Positions 20,235 through 30,557 of a DNA stretch of 64,000 nucleotides are shown here, one piece after another. Source of the stretch: Fibrobacterales bacterium (GTDB lineage Bacteria > Fibrobacterota > Fibrobacteria > Fibrobacterales > JAOPTW01); NCBI GenBank assembly GCA_051532035.1, contig JAOPTW010000015.1, positions 96,001 through 160,000 of the forward strand. Reading direction: 5' to 3'. Within the stretch, counting starts at the first letter, position 1. Every line of letters starts with the position of its first letter. Under the pieces are notes generated by a model. It did not search any database. It worked only from the letters and a program-made list of their open reading frames with translations, and was not told the DNA's origin. The position numbers and the translations under genes were made by a program.

Positions 20235-20695
20235 AAAGTCTTCCAAAGCCTGAAGCCGCCAACTGTATTATAGATTTTGCTGGTATCACTAAAGTATTAC
20301 CACACCGATTCCCTTTCCTCTTGGTAGATCGAGTTATTGAAATGGAATTAGAGAAGACTATCGTCGTTACTAAAAATGTCTCTTTTAATGAACCTTATTT
20401 TCAAGGTCACTTCCCTGAAGATCCAGTTATGCCGGGAGTACTTCAAACAGAAGCAATGGCACAAGCTGGTTGTATCCTTATAGCACTGAGCTATGAAGAA
20501 GAGACTAAAGGGAAACGCCCCGCATTTATGGGAGTTGACAGTGCACGTTTCAAACGCCCAGTTCGCCCAGGTGATGTCCTTACTATTACCGCAACTATGG
20601 AAAAATGGCGTCGTGGCATTGCAACATGGAGTGCTGTAATTACCGTCGATGGAAAAGTTGCCGCAAGTGCAACACTCATGGCAACCATGGTATAA
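20222..20695 (+). CDS. fabZ: 3-hydroxyacyl-ACP dehydratase
   Basis: LPHRFPFLLVD and FQGHFP..PVMPGV..EAMAQ. Confidence 0.97.
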   Translation: MSLLESLPKPEAANCIIDFAGITKVLPHRFPFLLVDRVIEMELEKTIVVTKNVSFNEPYFQGHFPEDPVMPGVLQTEAMAQAGCILIALSYEEETKGKRPAFMGVDSARFKRPVRPGDVLTITATMEKWRRGIATWSAVITVDGKVAASATLMATMV

Positions 20696-20696
20696 T

Positions 20697-21473
20697 ATGA
20701 TTCACCCGACTGCAATTATCTCTCCCCTAGCACAATTAGGGCAAGGGGTATCAATCGGGCCCTACTCAATTATCGAAGATGGGGTGACTATTGGTGACAA
20801 CACCACCATTACATCCCATGTTCACATCTACTCAAACACTACTATTGGCAATGAGTGTGCAATATATGATGGTGCCATTATTGGCTCCAACCCTCAAGAC
20901 CTTAGTTATCTTAATGAGACAACCTTCTTAACTATCGGCAATAACACTATTATTAGAGAGTACTGTACTATAAATCGTGCAGCATACGAAGGTAAGACTA
21001 CCACCATTGGTAATAATGTTCTTCTTATGGCCTATAGCCATGTTGGCCATGACTCACTTATTGAAGACCATGTTGTTATAGCAAATGGTGTACAATTGGG
21101 TGGACATGTAGAACTCGGTTTTGGTGTTGTCGTTGGCGGTATGACTGCTATTCAGCAATTTTGCCGAGTAGGAAAGTTGTCTTTTATTGGCGGCACCCTC
21201 AAGGCAGATCGAGATGTACCTCCTTATTCAAAAGCACTGGGCAACCCACTTGCTTGGGCAGGACTAAACCATAAAGCTCTGGAGCGGCATGGTATAGATA
21301 CAGAGAGTAAAGAAGAGGTTAATAAGGCCTATAGAATTCTTTATAGAAGTGGTGATACTGTTGCAGTTGCCCTTGCAAAAATTGAAACCGAGCTTAACAC
21401 TACACTATTAGAAGGCTTTATCACTTACTTTTCAAAGCCTACTCGAGGGATCATTCGCCCAAAAGAGAGATGA
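20697..21473 (+). CDS. lpxA: UDP-GlcNAc O-acyltransferase
   Basis: MIHPTAII, PQDL, IRE, HVGHD and DVPPY. Confidence 0.95.
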   Translation: MIHPTAIISPLAQLGQGVSIGPYSIIEDGVTIGDNTTITSHVHIYSNTTIGNECAIYDGAIIGSNPQDLSYLNETTFLTIGNNTIIREYCTINRAAYEGKTTTIGNNVLLMAYSHVGHDSLIEDHVVIANGVQLGGHVELGFGVVVGGMTAIQQFCRVGKLSFIGGTLKADRDVPPYSKALGNPLAWAGLNHKALERHGIDTESKEEVNKAYRILYRSGDTVAVALAKIETELNTTLLEGFITYFSKPTRGIIRPKER

Positions 21474-21583
21474 ACTTAAAGAGCTCAGGGCCCCACGTGA
21501 TCCATATTTCTATGCACCAACACCATTTGTATCACAGACAACAATTTAATTCTAATGAATCTTAAGTAATGAAAATATCGCAG

Positions 21584-22000
21584 CTATACAGCTGCTGATG
21601 GCTCATTTTGCAAAGCCTGTTCAACCCCTTCAACAACATAATCTTTACATAAATTAAACCGTTCAAGTTGTTGGCGCATTACCATCTTCTTATGGATACG
21701 CATTTTCTCATCGAGATAATCACCTATTTGGTGCCCTTGAATAAAGCCTTCAATATGAGACTTACGTATTTCATTAAAAATATCATTGAGATATTTTTGC
21801 ATGGAATTGATATACTCTTCTTGATCAAGTGGGCGTTCCATGTGCATGATAAATTCAACAAGAAGTTCATCGAGAGATTTATTATTCGCATAGTTTGATG
21901 CGTCTATAAACAGCTTTAGTTCATCACGGTGCTCTTCAAAAAACGCGATAAACTCATCACCCAATTCTTTGAATGCAACAGTATAGCTGTGTTCGATCAT
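21584..22000 (-). CDS. Hypothetical helical protein
   Basis: 138-aa ORF with strong SD (AAAGGAGA); no motif recognised. Confidence 0.65.
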   Translation of the reverse strand: MIEHSYTVAFKELGDEFIAFFEEHRDELKLFIDASNYANNKSLDELLVEFIMHMERPLDQEEYINSMQKYLNDIFNEIRKSHIEGFIQGHQIGDYLDEKMRIHKKMVMRQQLERFNLCKDYVVEGVEQALQNEPSAAV

Positions 22001-22337
22001 TTGTATCTCCTTTACTTACACAATTATCCAAAATAAAAATTACAAAAGCAATGATCTTCTTGAGTTTTACAATAAGTTTACATCACAAAGCTAAACAAGT
22101 AACAGCTTCTAGGCCCCTATCCACATACATCAACAAGGATACAAACAGACTACCAACACTTATAACACCATGAAATCATTCAGGTTATCAGAAACAAAAG
22201 CCATTCAGGTGCTTTCTTTTTTACAACTTTGATCAAATAAAGTCAACAGAATCAACAATTAATGTTTTTACAAATCTTTTTAAAAAGTTCCTGACAGTTA
22301 TAGGAGATTAATTACTTTTACCCTACTAATGATTATT

Positions 22338-22411
22338 GCCTCCTTAGTTCAACTGGATAGAATATCGGTCTTCGAAACCGAGGGTTGGCGGTTCGAGTCC
22401 GTCAGGGGGTA
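22338..22411 (+). tRNA. tRNA-Arg(UCG), CCA not encoded
   Basis: Cloverleaf: acceptor GCCTCCT/AGGGGGT, D-loop GG-A20, anticodon arm TCGGT-CTTCGAA-ACCGA, T-loop TTCGAGT. Confidence 0.95.
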
Positions 22412-22413
22412 TT

Positions 22414-22442
22414 AAAAGGACGAGAATACCTCGTCCTTTTTT
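22414..22442 (+). terminator. Intrinsic terminator after the tRNA
   Basis: AAAAGGACGAG-aatac-CTCGTCCTTTTTT. Confidence 0.85.
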
Positions 22443-22498
22443 ATTTTCCCACAATTATTTTCTAGATTCGCCATGACATTATTCAACATGGAACATTC

Positions 22499-23044
22499 AT
22501 GGACTATTCAGTTTTTATCGCTACAAGTTTAGATGGATTTATTGCAACATCAGATGGCGGAATCGATTGGCTCATGAATGCCGGTGACCCTGGTGCTATG
22601 GGGACGTTTAGTTATGACTCATTTATTAAGAGTGTTGATGTCTTAGTAATGGGCAAGAATTCATTCGAAAAAGTACTCACTTTTCCTGACTGGCCCTATG
22701 GTTCCATGCCCGTCATTGTACTCAGCACTTCACTCACGCAGCTCCCTGATGTTGAAGGCGCAACGTTAGAACTTTTTTCAGGGTCACTCACTCAACTGAA
22801 TTCTCTATTAGAATCACGAAACTACCAAAGAGCCTACATCGATGGAGGCAAGACCATTCAATCGTTTTTAGGAGCTGGCCTCATTACTGATATCACAATC
22901 ACAACAATCCCTATTCTCTTAGGAGAGGGACTTTCTCTCTTTGGATCCATCCCTCATATGATACCTCTCGAACATAGAGAAACAGCATCTTTTAAATGTG
23001 GCTTTGTTGCATCTCGCTATAGCGTTATGCCAAAAAAGGTTTAA
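22499..23044 (+). CDS. Dihydrofolate reductase/RibD C-terminal family protein
   Basis: IATSLDGFIA..DG.IDWL, MGK.SFE, YIDGG and PILLGEG. Confidence 0.88.
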   Translation: MDYSVFIATSLDGFIATSDGGIDWLMNAGDPGAMGTFSYDSFIKSVDVLVMGKNSFEKVLTFPDWPYGSMPVIVLSTSLTQLPDVEGATLELFSGSLTQLNSLLESRNYQRAYIDGGKTIQSFLGAGLITDITITTIPILLGEGLSLFGSIPHMIPLEHRETASFKCGFVASRYSVMPKKV

Positions 23045-23258
23045 TTTCTTCTGCTTTTTTGACTTGCCCCTGAAACTGAAGTGTCTCATCGACGACGAGT
23101 GCAGGGGTACTCATAACCCCATAGCCAGCAATAACACCAAAATCTGTTACTTTAGTGAGCGCTATCTCTATTCCAAGTTCTGCAGCTGCCTTTGCAGTCT
23201 CTTCTGCGAGAACTTCACAATTACGACACCCACCACCTAATACTTTTACCTGTTTCAT
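23025..23258 (-). CDS. Small redox-active disulfide (thioredoxin-like) protein
   Basis: VLGGGCRNC and YGVMSTPALVVD; typical partner of ArsP permeases. Confidence 0.88.
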   Translation of the reverse strand: MKQVKVLGGGCRNCEVLAEETAKAAAELGIEIALTKVTDFGVIAGYGVMSTPALVVDETLQFQGQVKKAEEIKPFLA

Positions 23259-23272
23259 ATATTCCACCATGG

Positions 23273-24244
23273 TTAAAAAAAGATATTGATTATCCACCCT
23301 ATTACACTAAAGGCAATAAGGAAATAGATAAAGAGATAGACGAGGAGCCTCGGTTGGAGCACCTGTCTGAGTAATAAAAATTCTGGAAAACTCGCCCCTA
23401 CAGTAGACATCATCAGTGCAAGGGCTGTACCAACGGGGAGCCCCTTTGCAAGAAGTGATTCGACGACGGGTATCATACCCGAGGCGTTACTATAGAGCGG
23501 TATCCCTAGAAGCACTGCCGCAGGAACCGACCAGAAGGAACCCGATCCTAAATGGCTTGCAATCCATCCCTCTGGAATATACCCGTGCAAGAGCGCACCA
23601 ACACCAACACCGATAAAAACCCACTTCCATATTTTTTGCATAATCTCTTTGGTTTCAGTCACCGCAAACTGATGTCGTTCTTTTAGAGAAAGTGATACAC
23701 GTGAAGATGATGCAACTGCTTGTTGCTGGTTTTTGAGATTAGTTACGAGAGGTTGAAGGTATTTATCTGAGCCAATAGTATCAAAAAATATTCCTCCTAG
23801 AATACCTGCCATAAGGCCTGAAGCTCCGTAGACCAAAGCAAAATCCCACCCAAGTATTGAGGCAAGAAGCACCAGAGCAACTTCATTGAGAAGAGGTGAA
23901 GTAATAAGAAACGAAAGGGTGACACCTGTAGGTATACCCGCTGTAGTAAACCCCAAAAACATTGGAATACTCGAGCATGAACAGAAAGGGGTTACTGCAC
24001 CAAAAAGGGACCCCGCTCCATACCCAAACCACCGTGAACGACCTTGTAAATGATTACGCACCCACTCTAAATTAAGGGATGCACGAATAATTGCAATGAA
24101 ATAAATCATTACGACAAGAAGAACAAGGATTTTACTGGTATCTTCGATAAAGAAATGAACCGCATTTCCAAGTGCACTCTGTGGATCAAGAGCAATGAGT
24201 CTCCACACTATAGCGTCAGCGAGTTGGGTAAAAATATCAAACAT
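23273..24244 (-). CDS. ArsP/DUF318 family permease
   Basis: TPFCSCSSIP, GIPLYSN and SFPE; multi-TM. Confidence 0.88.
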   Translation of the reverse strand: MFDIFTQLADAIVWRLIALDPQSALGNAVHFFIEDTSKILVLLVVMIYFIAIIRASLNLEWVRNHLQGRSRWFGYGAGSLFGAVTPFCSCSSIPMFLGFTTAGIPTGVTLSFLITSPLLNEVALVLLASILGWDFALVYGASGLMAGILGGIFFDTIGSDKYLQPLVTNLKNQQQAVASSSRVSLSLKERHQFAVTETKEIMQKIWKWVFIGVGVGALLHGYIPEGWIASHLGSGSFWSVPAAVLLGIPLYSNASGMIPVVESLLAKGLPVGTALALMMSTVGASFPEFLLLRQVLQPRLLVYLFIYFLIAFSVIGWIINIFF

Positions 24245-24259
24245 ATGATTTACACCTCA

Positions 24260-24628
24260 TTATTTACAACAGCTATTTTCTCTCTGTGTTTTACAGAGCT
24301 CTTCGGGGTCGATATTCATGATAGTATTAAAATGAGTGAGGTCATGTTGTAGAGCACTATCAAATTTAATCTCTTGGGAGACCCACTTGAAGAGTGCAGC
24401 AAGTCTAACGTCCTCTTTAGAGACTGTATATAAGACCCAACGACCCTCTTTACGACTCTGAACAAAACCTGTCTGAATAAGTAACGAGACATGTTTTGAG
24501 ACCGTCGCGCCTGAAACCTGTAGAAATTCCTGTAACTGACAAGCACACACTTCCGATTTATGGAGTAGAGCGGCAATTATCTTAATGCGGTTTCGATCGG
24601 CCAAGGCCTTAAACGTCATTTCAATCAT
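24260..24628 (-). CDS. arsR: ArsR/SmtB metalloregulator
   Basis: FKALAD.NR..I, VCAC, TVSKH, RKEGRWV.Y and a C-terminal CC. Confidence 0.9.
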   Translation of the reverse strand: MIEMTFKALADRNRIKIIAALLHKSEVCACQLQEFLQVSGATVSKHVSLLIQTGFVQSRKEGRWVLYTVSKEDVRLAALFKWVSQEIKFDSALQHDLTHFNTIMNIDPEELCKTQRENSCCK

Positions 24629-24634
24629 TATTTC

Positions 24635-24658
24635 ATACTTAGCTAAACGACTAAGTAT
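24635..24658. promoter_or_regulatory. Probable ArsR operator
   Basis: Perfect inverted repeat ATACTTAG-N8-CTAAGTAT, lying between a minus-strand TTTACA-N16-TACATT promoter candidate and the arsR ATG. Confidence 0.7.
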
Positions 24659-24708
24659 AATGTAGATTAATAACCTAGGATGTAAAGCCTTAAGCGACCA
24701 CTTACCTA

Positions 24709-25050
24709 TTACACTGCAGAATCACCCCGGTCACCAGTACTAATACGGATGGCCGTATCGATGGTTGACACATAAATTTTGCCATCCGACCGAAGGCCTG
24801 TATGAGCCCCCTGTTCTATGGCATCAAGTACTATTTGCACAATATTTTCACTACAGACGATATCAAGACGCACATGAACCGTATCATCAACCGGCGTATC
24901 AACAACATGTATTGGTTTATCCTGTGCCCTACTTCGACCATACCCTTCGATTCGAGTAATTGAAAGCCCAGTAAGCCCATCAATTTTATGAAGCCGCTCG
25001 ATAACTTCACGTTTCTTAATCTCTTTAATATACGCTTCTATTTTTTTCAT
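24709..25050 (-). CDS. PII-family protein coupled to a heavy-metal RND pump
   Basis: MKKIEAYIK, GYGR, HTG..DGKIYV, RI.TG.RG..AV; ATGA overlap with the RND gene. Confidence 0.88.
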   Translation of the reverse strand: MKKIEAYIKEIKKREVIERLHKIDGLTGLSITRIEGYGRSRAQDKPIHVVDTPVDDTVHVRLDIVCSENIVQIVLDAIEQGAHTGLRSDGKIYVSTIDTAIRISTGDRGDSAV

Positions 25051-28000
25051 ATCGACTCCTTACTCTCAGTATACTCTATTGCAAGTTTAGGTGCAAACCA
25101 TTCATACATGGCGGGAATTAAAAAGAGCGTGAGAAATGTTGAGGAGAGTAAGCCAAAAACCACCACTGCAGCAAGGGGACGCTGTACCTCAGAGCCCACG
25201 CCAGTTGCAAGTAATAGGGGTACCAAACCCAGTATTGTCGTAAGAGCAGTCATGAGTACTGGCCTTATCCGCATTAATCCACCTGTAATAACTGCATCTA
25301 TAGTGGCAACCCCTTCCGTACGCAGTTGATTGATATAGGTCACCAGAACCAATCCATTTTGCACTGCAATTCCAAACAAAGCAATAAATCCAACTGATGC
25401 AGGAACCGAAAGATATTCATCGATAAGAATCAATCCAAGTATTCCGCCTATGAGAGCAAGGGGGACATTAATAAATATAAGCACTGCTTGTTTGCCGCTT
25501 TTTAGAGAAAGAAAGAGCATAAGAAAGATTACTGCAAATGCTGATGGTACAATAATCCCCAAGCGTTTCATGGCACGCTCTTGATTTTCAAATTGCCCTC
25601 CAAATTCAATAAAATATCCTGAGTCAAACGTTACACGGTCTGCGATACGCTCTTTCATATCGTTAACAACCGACCCAATATCTCTTCCACGAACATTTGC
25701 CGCGATAACCCAGCGACGCTGATTCTTTTCACGATTCACCTGAATGGGTCCAATAGTCGTTACCACGTCTGCAACATCACCTAAAGGAATTACAGTGCCG
25801 TTTTGGGTATGTACCAATAAACGCTTAATAACCTCAGGATCTTTACGATACTTCTCATGTACCCGTACATTAATACCAAACCGGCGAGTATTTACGTACA
25901 CCTGATCAATGGTTTCACCACCAATAGCAAGTTCAACTACTTCAAGTATTTCCGAAACAGTCACACCATATCGAGAACAGGCAGCTCTATTTGCAACAAT
26001 TTGCACTTGGGGCTGTCCAAAACTTTGCTCAATTGCAAGGTCAACGAGTCCCGGAATCCCTTCAACAGCCTCTTGAATCTCTTCTGCTTTTTTTCGAAGC
26101 ACCGTCAGGTCGTCGCCATACACTTTTACAGCAAGTTGAGTACGTACACCTGAAAGTAACTCATCAAAGAGGTTTTGAATGGGTTGGGTAAAATTAAGTT
26201 GTACTCCAGGGTAGTTGCTCAAAGTCCCATTTAATGCCATGACTAGGTCTTCTTTAGTTTCAAAGCGTTGCCACTCATCATGATCTTTCAGAGTCATTTG
26301 AATATTGGCAAAATTAACGGGATGAGGATGACTCCCAGCCTCGGGGCGGCCAATTTTTGCAAGTGTTTGAGAGATTGCATCACCATAATTTTTACCTATG
26401 ATTTGCTCCATCTTTAAAATGGTCTCTGTTGCTTTTTCGAGAGATATTGACGGAGCCATGGTTACGTTAACCTGAAGCACCCCCTCTTCAAGTGCAGGAA
26501 TGAATTCTGTCCCAATGGTCGCCACTGTAGCCAGCGAACCGATAAAGGCCACAAAGGCCGCAACCACCACTGTTTTTTTAAAGCGGAGTGCCGTAATGAG
26601 AAGAGGTCTATAAGCTCGTTTTAACACTCTCACAAGTATAAACTCTTGAGCAGGGACAGCCTTAAGCAAGAGCGATGCCAATACCGGTGAGAATACCAGG
26701 GCCGAGACAACAGAACCTATCAAGGCAAAGGTAATAGTAAGAGCCATTGGAGCAAACATCTTCCCTTCCACCCCTTCGAGTGTTAAGAGTGGTAAAAAGA
26801 CAACAATGATTATGGCAACTGAAAATAGAATTGGTCGAGCAACTTCTGAAACTGCAACAGTGATAATCTCAAATCGACTCACTCCACTCCGATTCGAATC
26901 AGATAATTGTCGATGGACATTTTCTATCACGACAATCGCCCCATCACCAAGCATACCAATAGCAATAGCTACTCCCCCGAGAGACATAAGATTGGCCGAC
27001 ATACCTGTCACTCCCATCACAATAGCAGCAGAAAGCGCGCACACCGGTAAGGAGAGTGCAACAATAAGTGCAGTCCGAATATTTCCTAAAAAGAGTAACA
27101 ACGTGAGTAACACGAGAATCCCGCCTTGCCACAGTGCATCAACTACCGTTGACGTAGCACTCTCGACTAGGCTTTTTTGATTATAGTACGGTACCAGTGT
27201 CACCCCTTTGGGTAACGATTTCTGTATCGCACTAAACTTATCTTCGAGACGATCAATAACATGGGAAGTATTTTCACCATATAATTTTATCACTATCCCA
27301 GCGACAACTTCTTCTTCACCATTTCGTGTCACCACTCCACGCCGAATTTCTGAACCGAAAGAGACCTCTGCAAAATCTTTAATGCGAATAGGGACTCCAT
27401 TGACCTCTTTAACTGTAAGGTTTTGAATATCATCACTGTTTTCAAGTAACCCAATTCCTCGGACCAAATACTCTTCGGACCCAACCACAAGAAATTGCCC
27501 CCCTGCGTTTCGGTTATTAGCATTGATGGTCTCAACAACATCTTCGAGGCCTATTCCAAGGCTCATCATTAAATGAGGGTTCAGTTCAACCTGATACTGC
27601 AGTATGTTACCCCCCATAGAGAGCACCTCGGTAACGCCCTTAACTGTTTGCAATTGGTACTTAACAACCCAATCATTTATCTCCCTCAAATACATGAGTG
27701 CGCCTTTATTCTCTGTATCAGCAGTAGAATCTATGGTGAGATAATACATAAATACCTCACCGAGCCCTGTTGATATCGGGCCAAGGGTTGGTGGCTCGTC
27801 AGACTCAGGGAGTTCTGCAATTGCCGATGTAAGGCGCTCTGAAACCAATTGACGGGCAAAATAGATATCAATATCATCATTAAAATAGATATAGATAACA
27901 GCCATGCCAAATGCCGAGGTCGACTTCACCAGACTGACACCAGGCAACCCATTCATTGCCGACTCAATAGGGAAAGTAATAAGCCGTTCTACCTCTTCTG

Positions 28001-28169
28001 GAGCCATGCCATGAGCTTCGGCATAAACAGGCACCATAACAGGAGAAATGTCGGGAAAGGCATCTGTAGGAAGCGAACGATAGGAGAATACTCCCCACAC
28101 AAGAATTCCTATGAGTGCTACTATAACCAGTATGCGGTTTCTTAATAAATACGTAATAAATGCAAACAT
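25047..28169 (-). CDS. CusA/CzcA heavy-metal efflux RND permease
   Basis: DAFPDIS, APEEVE..IT.PIE, GMLGDGAIVVIEN, EGKMF.PMA, RIRPVLMTA and GSEVQRPLA. Confidence 0.95.
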   Translation of the reverse strand: MFAFITYLLRNRILVIVALIGILVWGVFSYRSLPTDAFPDISPVMVPVYAEAHGMAPEEVERLITFPIESAMNGLPGVSLVKSTSAFGMAVIYIYFNDDIDIYFARQLVSERLTSAIAELPESDEPPTLGPISTGLGEVFMYYLTIDSTADTENKGALMYLREINDWVVKYQLQTVKGVTEVLSMGGNILQYQVELNPHLMMSLGIGLEDVVETINANNRNAGGQFLVVGSEEYLVRGIGLLENSDDIQNLTVKEVNGVPIRIKDFAEVSFGSEIRRGVVTRNGEEEVVAGIVIKLYGENTSHVIDRLEDKFSAIQKSLPKGVTLVPYYNQKSLVESATSTVVDALWQGGILVLLTLLLFLGNIRTALIVALSLPVCALSAAIVMGVTGMSANLMSLGGVAIAIGMLGDGAIVVIENVHRQLSDSNRSGVSRFEIITVAVSEVARPILFSVAIIIVVFLPLLTLEGVEGKMFAPMALTITFALIGSVVSALVFSPVLASLLLKAVPAQEFILVRVLKRAYRPLLITALRFKKTVVVAAFVAFIGSLATVATIGTEFIPALEEGVLQVNVTMAPSISLEKATETILKMEQIIGKNYGDAISQTLAKIGRPEAGSHPHPVNFANIQMTLKDHDEWQRFETKEDLVMALNGTLSNYPGVQLNFTQPIQNLFDELLSGVRTQLAVKVYGDDLTVLRKKAEEIQEAVEGIPGLVDLAIEQSFGQPQVQIVANRAACSRYGVTVSEILEVVELAIGGETIDQVYVNTRRFGINVRVHEKYRKDPEVIKRLLVHTQNGTVIPLGDVADVVTTIGPIQVNREKNQRRWVIAANVRGRDIGSVVNDMKERIADRVTFDSGYFIEFGGQFENQERAMKRLGIIVPSAFAVIFLMLFLSLKSGKQAVLIFINVPLALIGGILGLILIDEYLSVPASVGFIALFGIAVQNGLVLVTYINQLRTEGVATIDAVITGGLMRIRPVLMTALTTILGLVPLLLATGVGSEVQRPLAAVVVFGLLSSTFLTLFLIPAMYEWFAPKLAIEYTESKESI

Positions 28170-28178
28170 ATACTCTCC

Positions 28179-29192
28179 TTAGTGCCCGTGCCCAGCATGG
28201 CCCGAAAGGGATTGGGTTACCACAGCAGCTTTAAGATCAAATGCTCCTTGTACTACATAGGTGTCACCAAACTCAATTCCTGATACCACCTCAGTAAATG
28301 ACACACCACGCCGACCGAGCTTCACAGGATGAGCCTTATATCCCCCTTTCGCTGGAGCAAACACTACCATTTCTTCATCCAGGAGCTGAATAGCACTATT
28401 ATGTACCACTATAGTTTTAGCACTCTCTTTTACTTCAATAGTTCCTTGAACAAACATTCCCGGGCGCCATTGACCTTTTCTATTTCTGAGTAATATTCGA
28501 GCTATCCCCGTTCTAGTTTCAGGATTAAGGAGTGGAGATATATAGCGAACACTTCCCGTTGTTTTCATTTGAGAACCAATAGTATTGATACTCACCTGAG
28601 TACCCAATGGCACATACCTTAATTGCTTAGGGAACAGTTTAAAGTCAACCCACACCGTTGAAAGGTCTGCTACTACAAAGAGAGTAGTCTCTTCTGAAGC
28701 GTACTCACCAACCGATGCATGTTTTTCAATAATTCGACCACTCATCGGGGCCTTCACCGTATACCGTGTAAAGGTTTCATTATTTTCAACAGTCGCCAGT
28801 ACCTCACCTTTTTTAACAAATGCTCCAATTTCTTTATTGGTCTCACGTATAACCCCCGAAAAACGAGGTGTGACATGGGTCAGGCGCTCTTGGTTCAGAA
28901 CAATCTCTCCGGGAATTTCAAATATTGTTGTAATTTCACGCTCGGTGACTGATTTAAGAGTGAGTCCGATCATCTTCTCCCCTTCAGCCGTAAGAGATAT
29001 AACCCCCTCCTCTAATGGTGCATGCCCATCATCAGAATGATTTTCCTCTTGCTCTGGCACCTCGGTTTTTTCATGAGCGTGCCCCGCATGATCATCGTCG
29101 TCTCCATGAGCCGCATCTTCACGATACTGCTCAACACCATAACTCAATGCTATCATTCCACAAATAATTCCTGTAACTACTCTCTTATTCAT
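28179..29192 (-). CDS. CzcB-like membrane fusion protein
   Basis: His/Asp-rich N-terminus, DLSTVWV, WRPGMFV and C-terminal HAGHGH. Confidence 0.92.
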   Translation of the reverse strand: MNKRVVTGIICGMIALSYGVEQYREDAAHGDDDDHAGHAHEKTEVPEQEENHSDDGHAPLEEGVISLTAEGEKMIGLTLKSVTEREITTIFEIPGEIVLNQERLTHVTPRFSGVIRETNKEIGAFVKKGEVLATVENNETFTRYTVKAPMSGRIIEKHASVGEYASEETTLFVVADLSTVWVDFKLFPKQLRYVPLGTQVSINTIGSQMKTTGSVRYISPLLNPETRTGIARILLRNRKGQWRPGMFVQGTIEVKESAKTIVVHNSAIQLLDEEMVVFAPAKGGYKAHPVKLGRRGVSFTEVVSGIEFGDTYVVQGAFDLKAAVVTQSLSGHAGHGH

Positions 29193-30453
29193 TCTCTACT
29201 CCTTCTGATTCCTGAGTATAAAGCGTATATTCCGAAATCTCTAATAGATCCGCTGCCAGGGTCGTCCATTCTAATTGTAATGCTATTAATGAAAATTGTT
29301 GTTCAAGGTATTCATTTCGAGATTCAAAAAGTTCTCGAATTCCTATCTTGCCTTGCATATAGTATTCGTTTAATGTTTCGTATGTTTTAAGATAGTTGGG
29401 TACTACTACCCGAGACACCACCTCAATTTTCTCTTTTAATAGAGATATTTCATTGACCAAATGTTGTATCGTTGCACCACGCTCACCGATCAACTGTTTC
29501 TGTGCCACACGCTCAGTTGTTTCACGTACCTGAGCTGCAGCAATCTCTCCTTGGTTTCTATTAAAGACCGGGATTTCTATAGAAGCCGACAACAGTCCAC
29601 TCATAGTTCCATCTTCATTATTTCTTTTTACGCCACCCGAGAGAGAGAGCTCAGAAAATGATTGAGTCTGTGCAACTGCAGTTTGAAGTCGCGCCCCTTT
29701 ACATTCAAATTCACTCAAAAGAAGGTCTGGATGTTGTTTACTCTTGCGCAATACTTCTGTAAGATTCACATCAGGATACGACCTAGGGAAGGCCCCTTTA
29801 ATGAGGAACGACTCAATTGAATCACGTCCCAGAGTTGCTGAGAGATCTATGTACCCCCCATCTAACGCCGTGGCCAACTCTTTCGCCTCTAACTCCAATA
29901 CGGTAATCTCTGTTTGAGCACGGAGTGTATCAAGCGCCATGCCCGCTCCAATAAGCACTCGCTGCTTGATTCTCTCAAGTTCATCCCGAGCAGTCCCTAT
30001 AACAGAATCCATAATTGCCATACGGCGATACACCCCAACAACCCCAAAATATGACCGCTGTACCGCAGCCTCTATTTTGAGTCTCTGCTGTTGTACCACT
30101 AAACCCGCCTTATCAACTTCTAATTGCTGCAAAGAAGCTATTGATGCCCGCTGCCCCCCTAAGGGAATTGTTTGCGAAACCATCAATTCAACCTCTCCTA
30201 TTCCTAGGTTTTCGGTCCCCAACTCAAACTCTGGATTACTCAGCAGAGATATCTGCCGTGCTGTATGACTCGCTTCACGTTTATGCTGCTCTGCAATAAC
30301 TCCTAAACGGTTATTCTCAAGCGCTTCACTCAGGAGTTGTGCATACGTGAGCGTCGTCTGGGCGCCCCCCATCAACGGCATCATCATTACAACGCCCATT
30401 ACTGATACTACTCTAGCTCTATAGTTCCTATAGAAAAGATGTTTAAACACCAT
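29185..30453 (-). CDS. CzcC/TolC outer membrane efflux protein
   Basis: NPEFEL, SQTIPLGG.R and IPVFNRNQG.I. Confidence 0.9.
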   Translation of the reverse strand: MVFKHLFYRNYRARVVSVMGVVMMMPLMGGAQTTLTYAQLLSEALENNRLGVIAEQHKREASHTARQISLLSNPEFELGTENLGIGEVELMVSQTIPLGGQRASIASLQQLEVDKAGLVVQQQRLKIEAAVQRSYFGVVGVYRRMAIMDSVIGTARDELERIKQRVLIGAGMALDTLRAQTEITVLELEAKELATALDGGYIDLSATLGRDSIESFLIKGAFPRSYPDVNLTEVLRKSKQHPDLLLSEFECKGARLQTAVAQTQSFSELSLSGGVKRNNEDGTMSGLLSASIEIPVFNRNQGEIAAAQVRETTERVAQKQLIGERGATIQHLVNEISLLKEKIEVVSRVVVPNYLKTYETLNEYYMQGKIGIRELFESRNEYLEQQFSLIALQLEWTTLAADLLEISEYTLYTQESEGVENE

Positions 30454-30557
30454 TTCGATTCCTTTATCAAATATTTAGTGGAAATAAAACGTTACATCAC
30501 GATACAGCACACCATTCCGTGTGAAGTATCAACCATATTGTATTTATAGAATAGTGG

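Noticed and set aside
22024..22125. Replication origin (TTATCCAAA and CTATCCACA DnaA-box-like 9-mers)
   Set aside because: Only two one-mismatch boxes, no apparent skew switch and no oriC-typical neighbours.
22177..22256. CATTCAGGT direct repeat and roughly 10-bp spaced TCAA motifs upstream of the tRNA
   Set aside because: Short and in AT-rich sequence; cannot be distinguished from chance.
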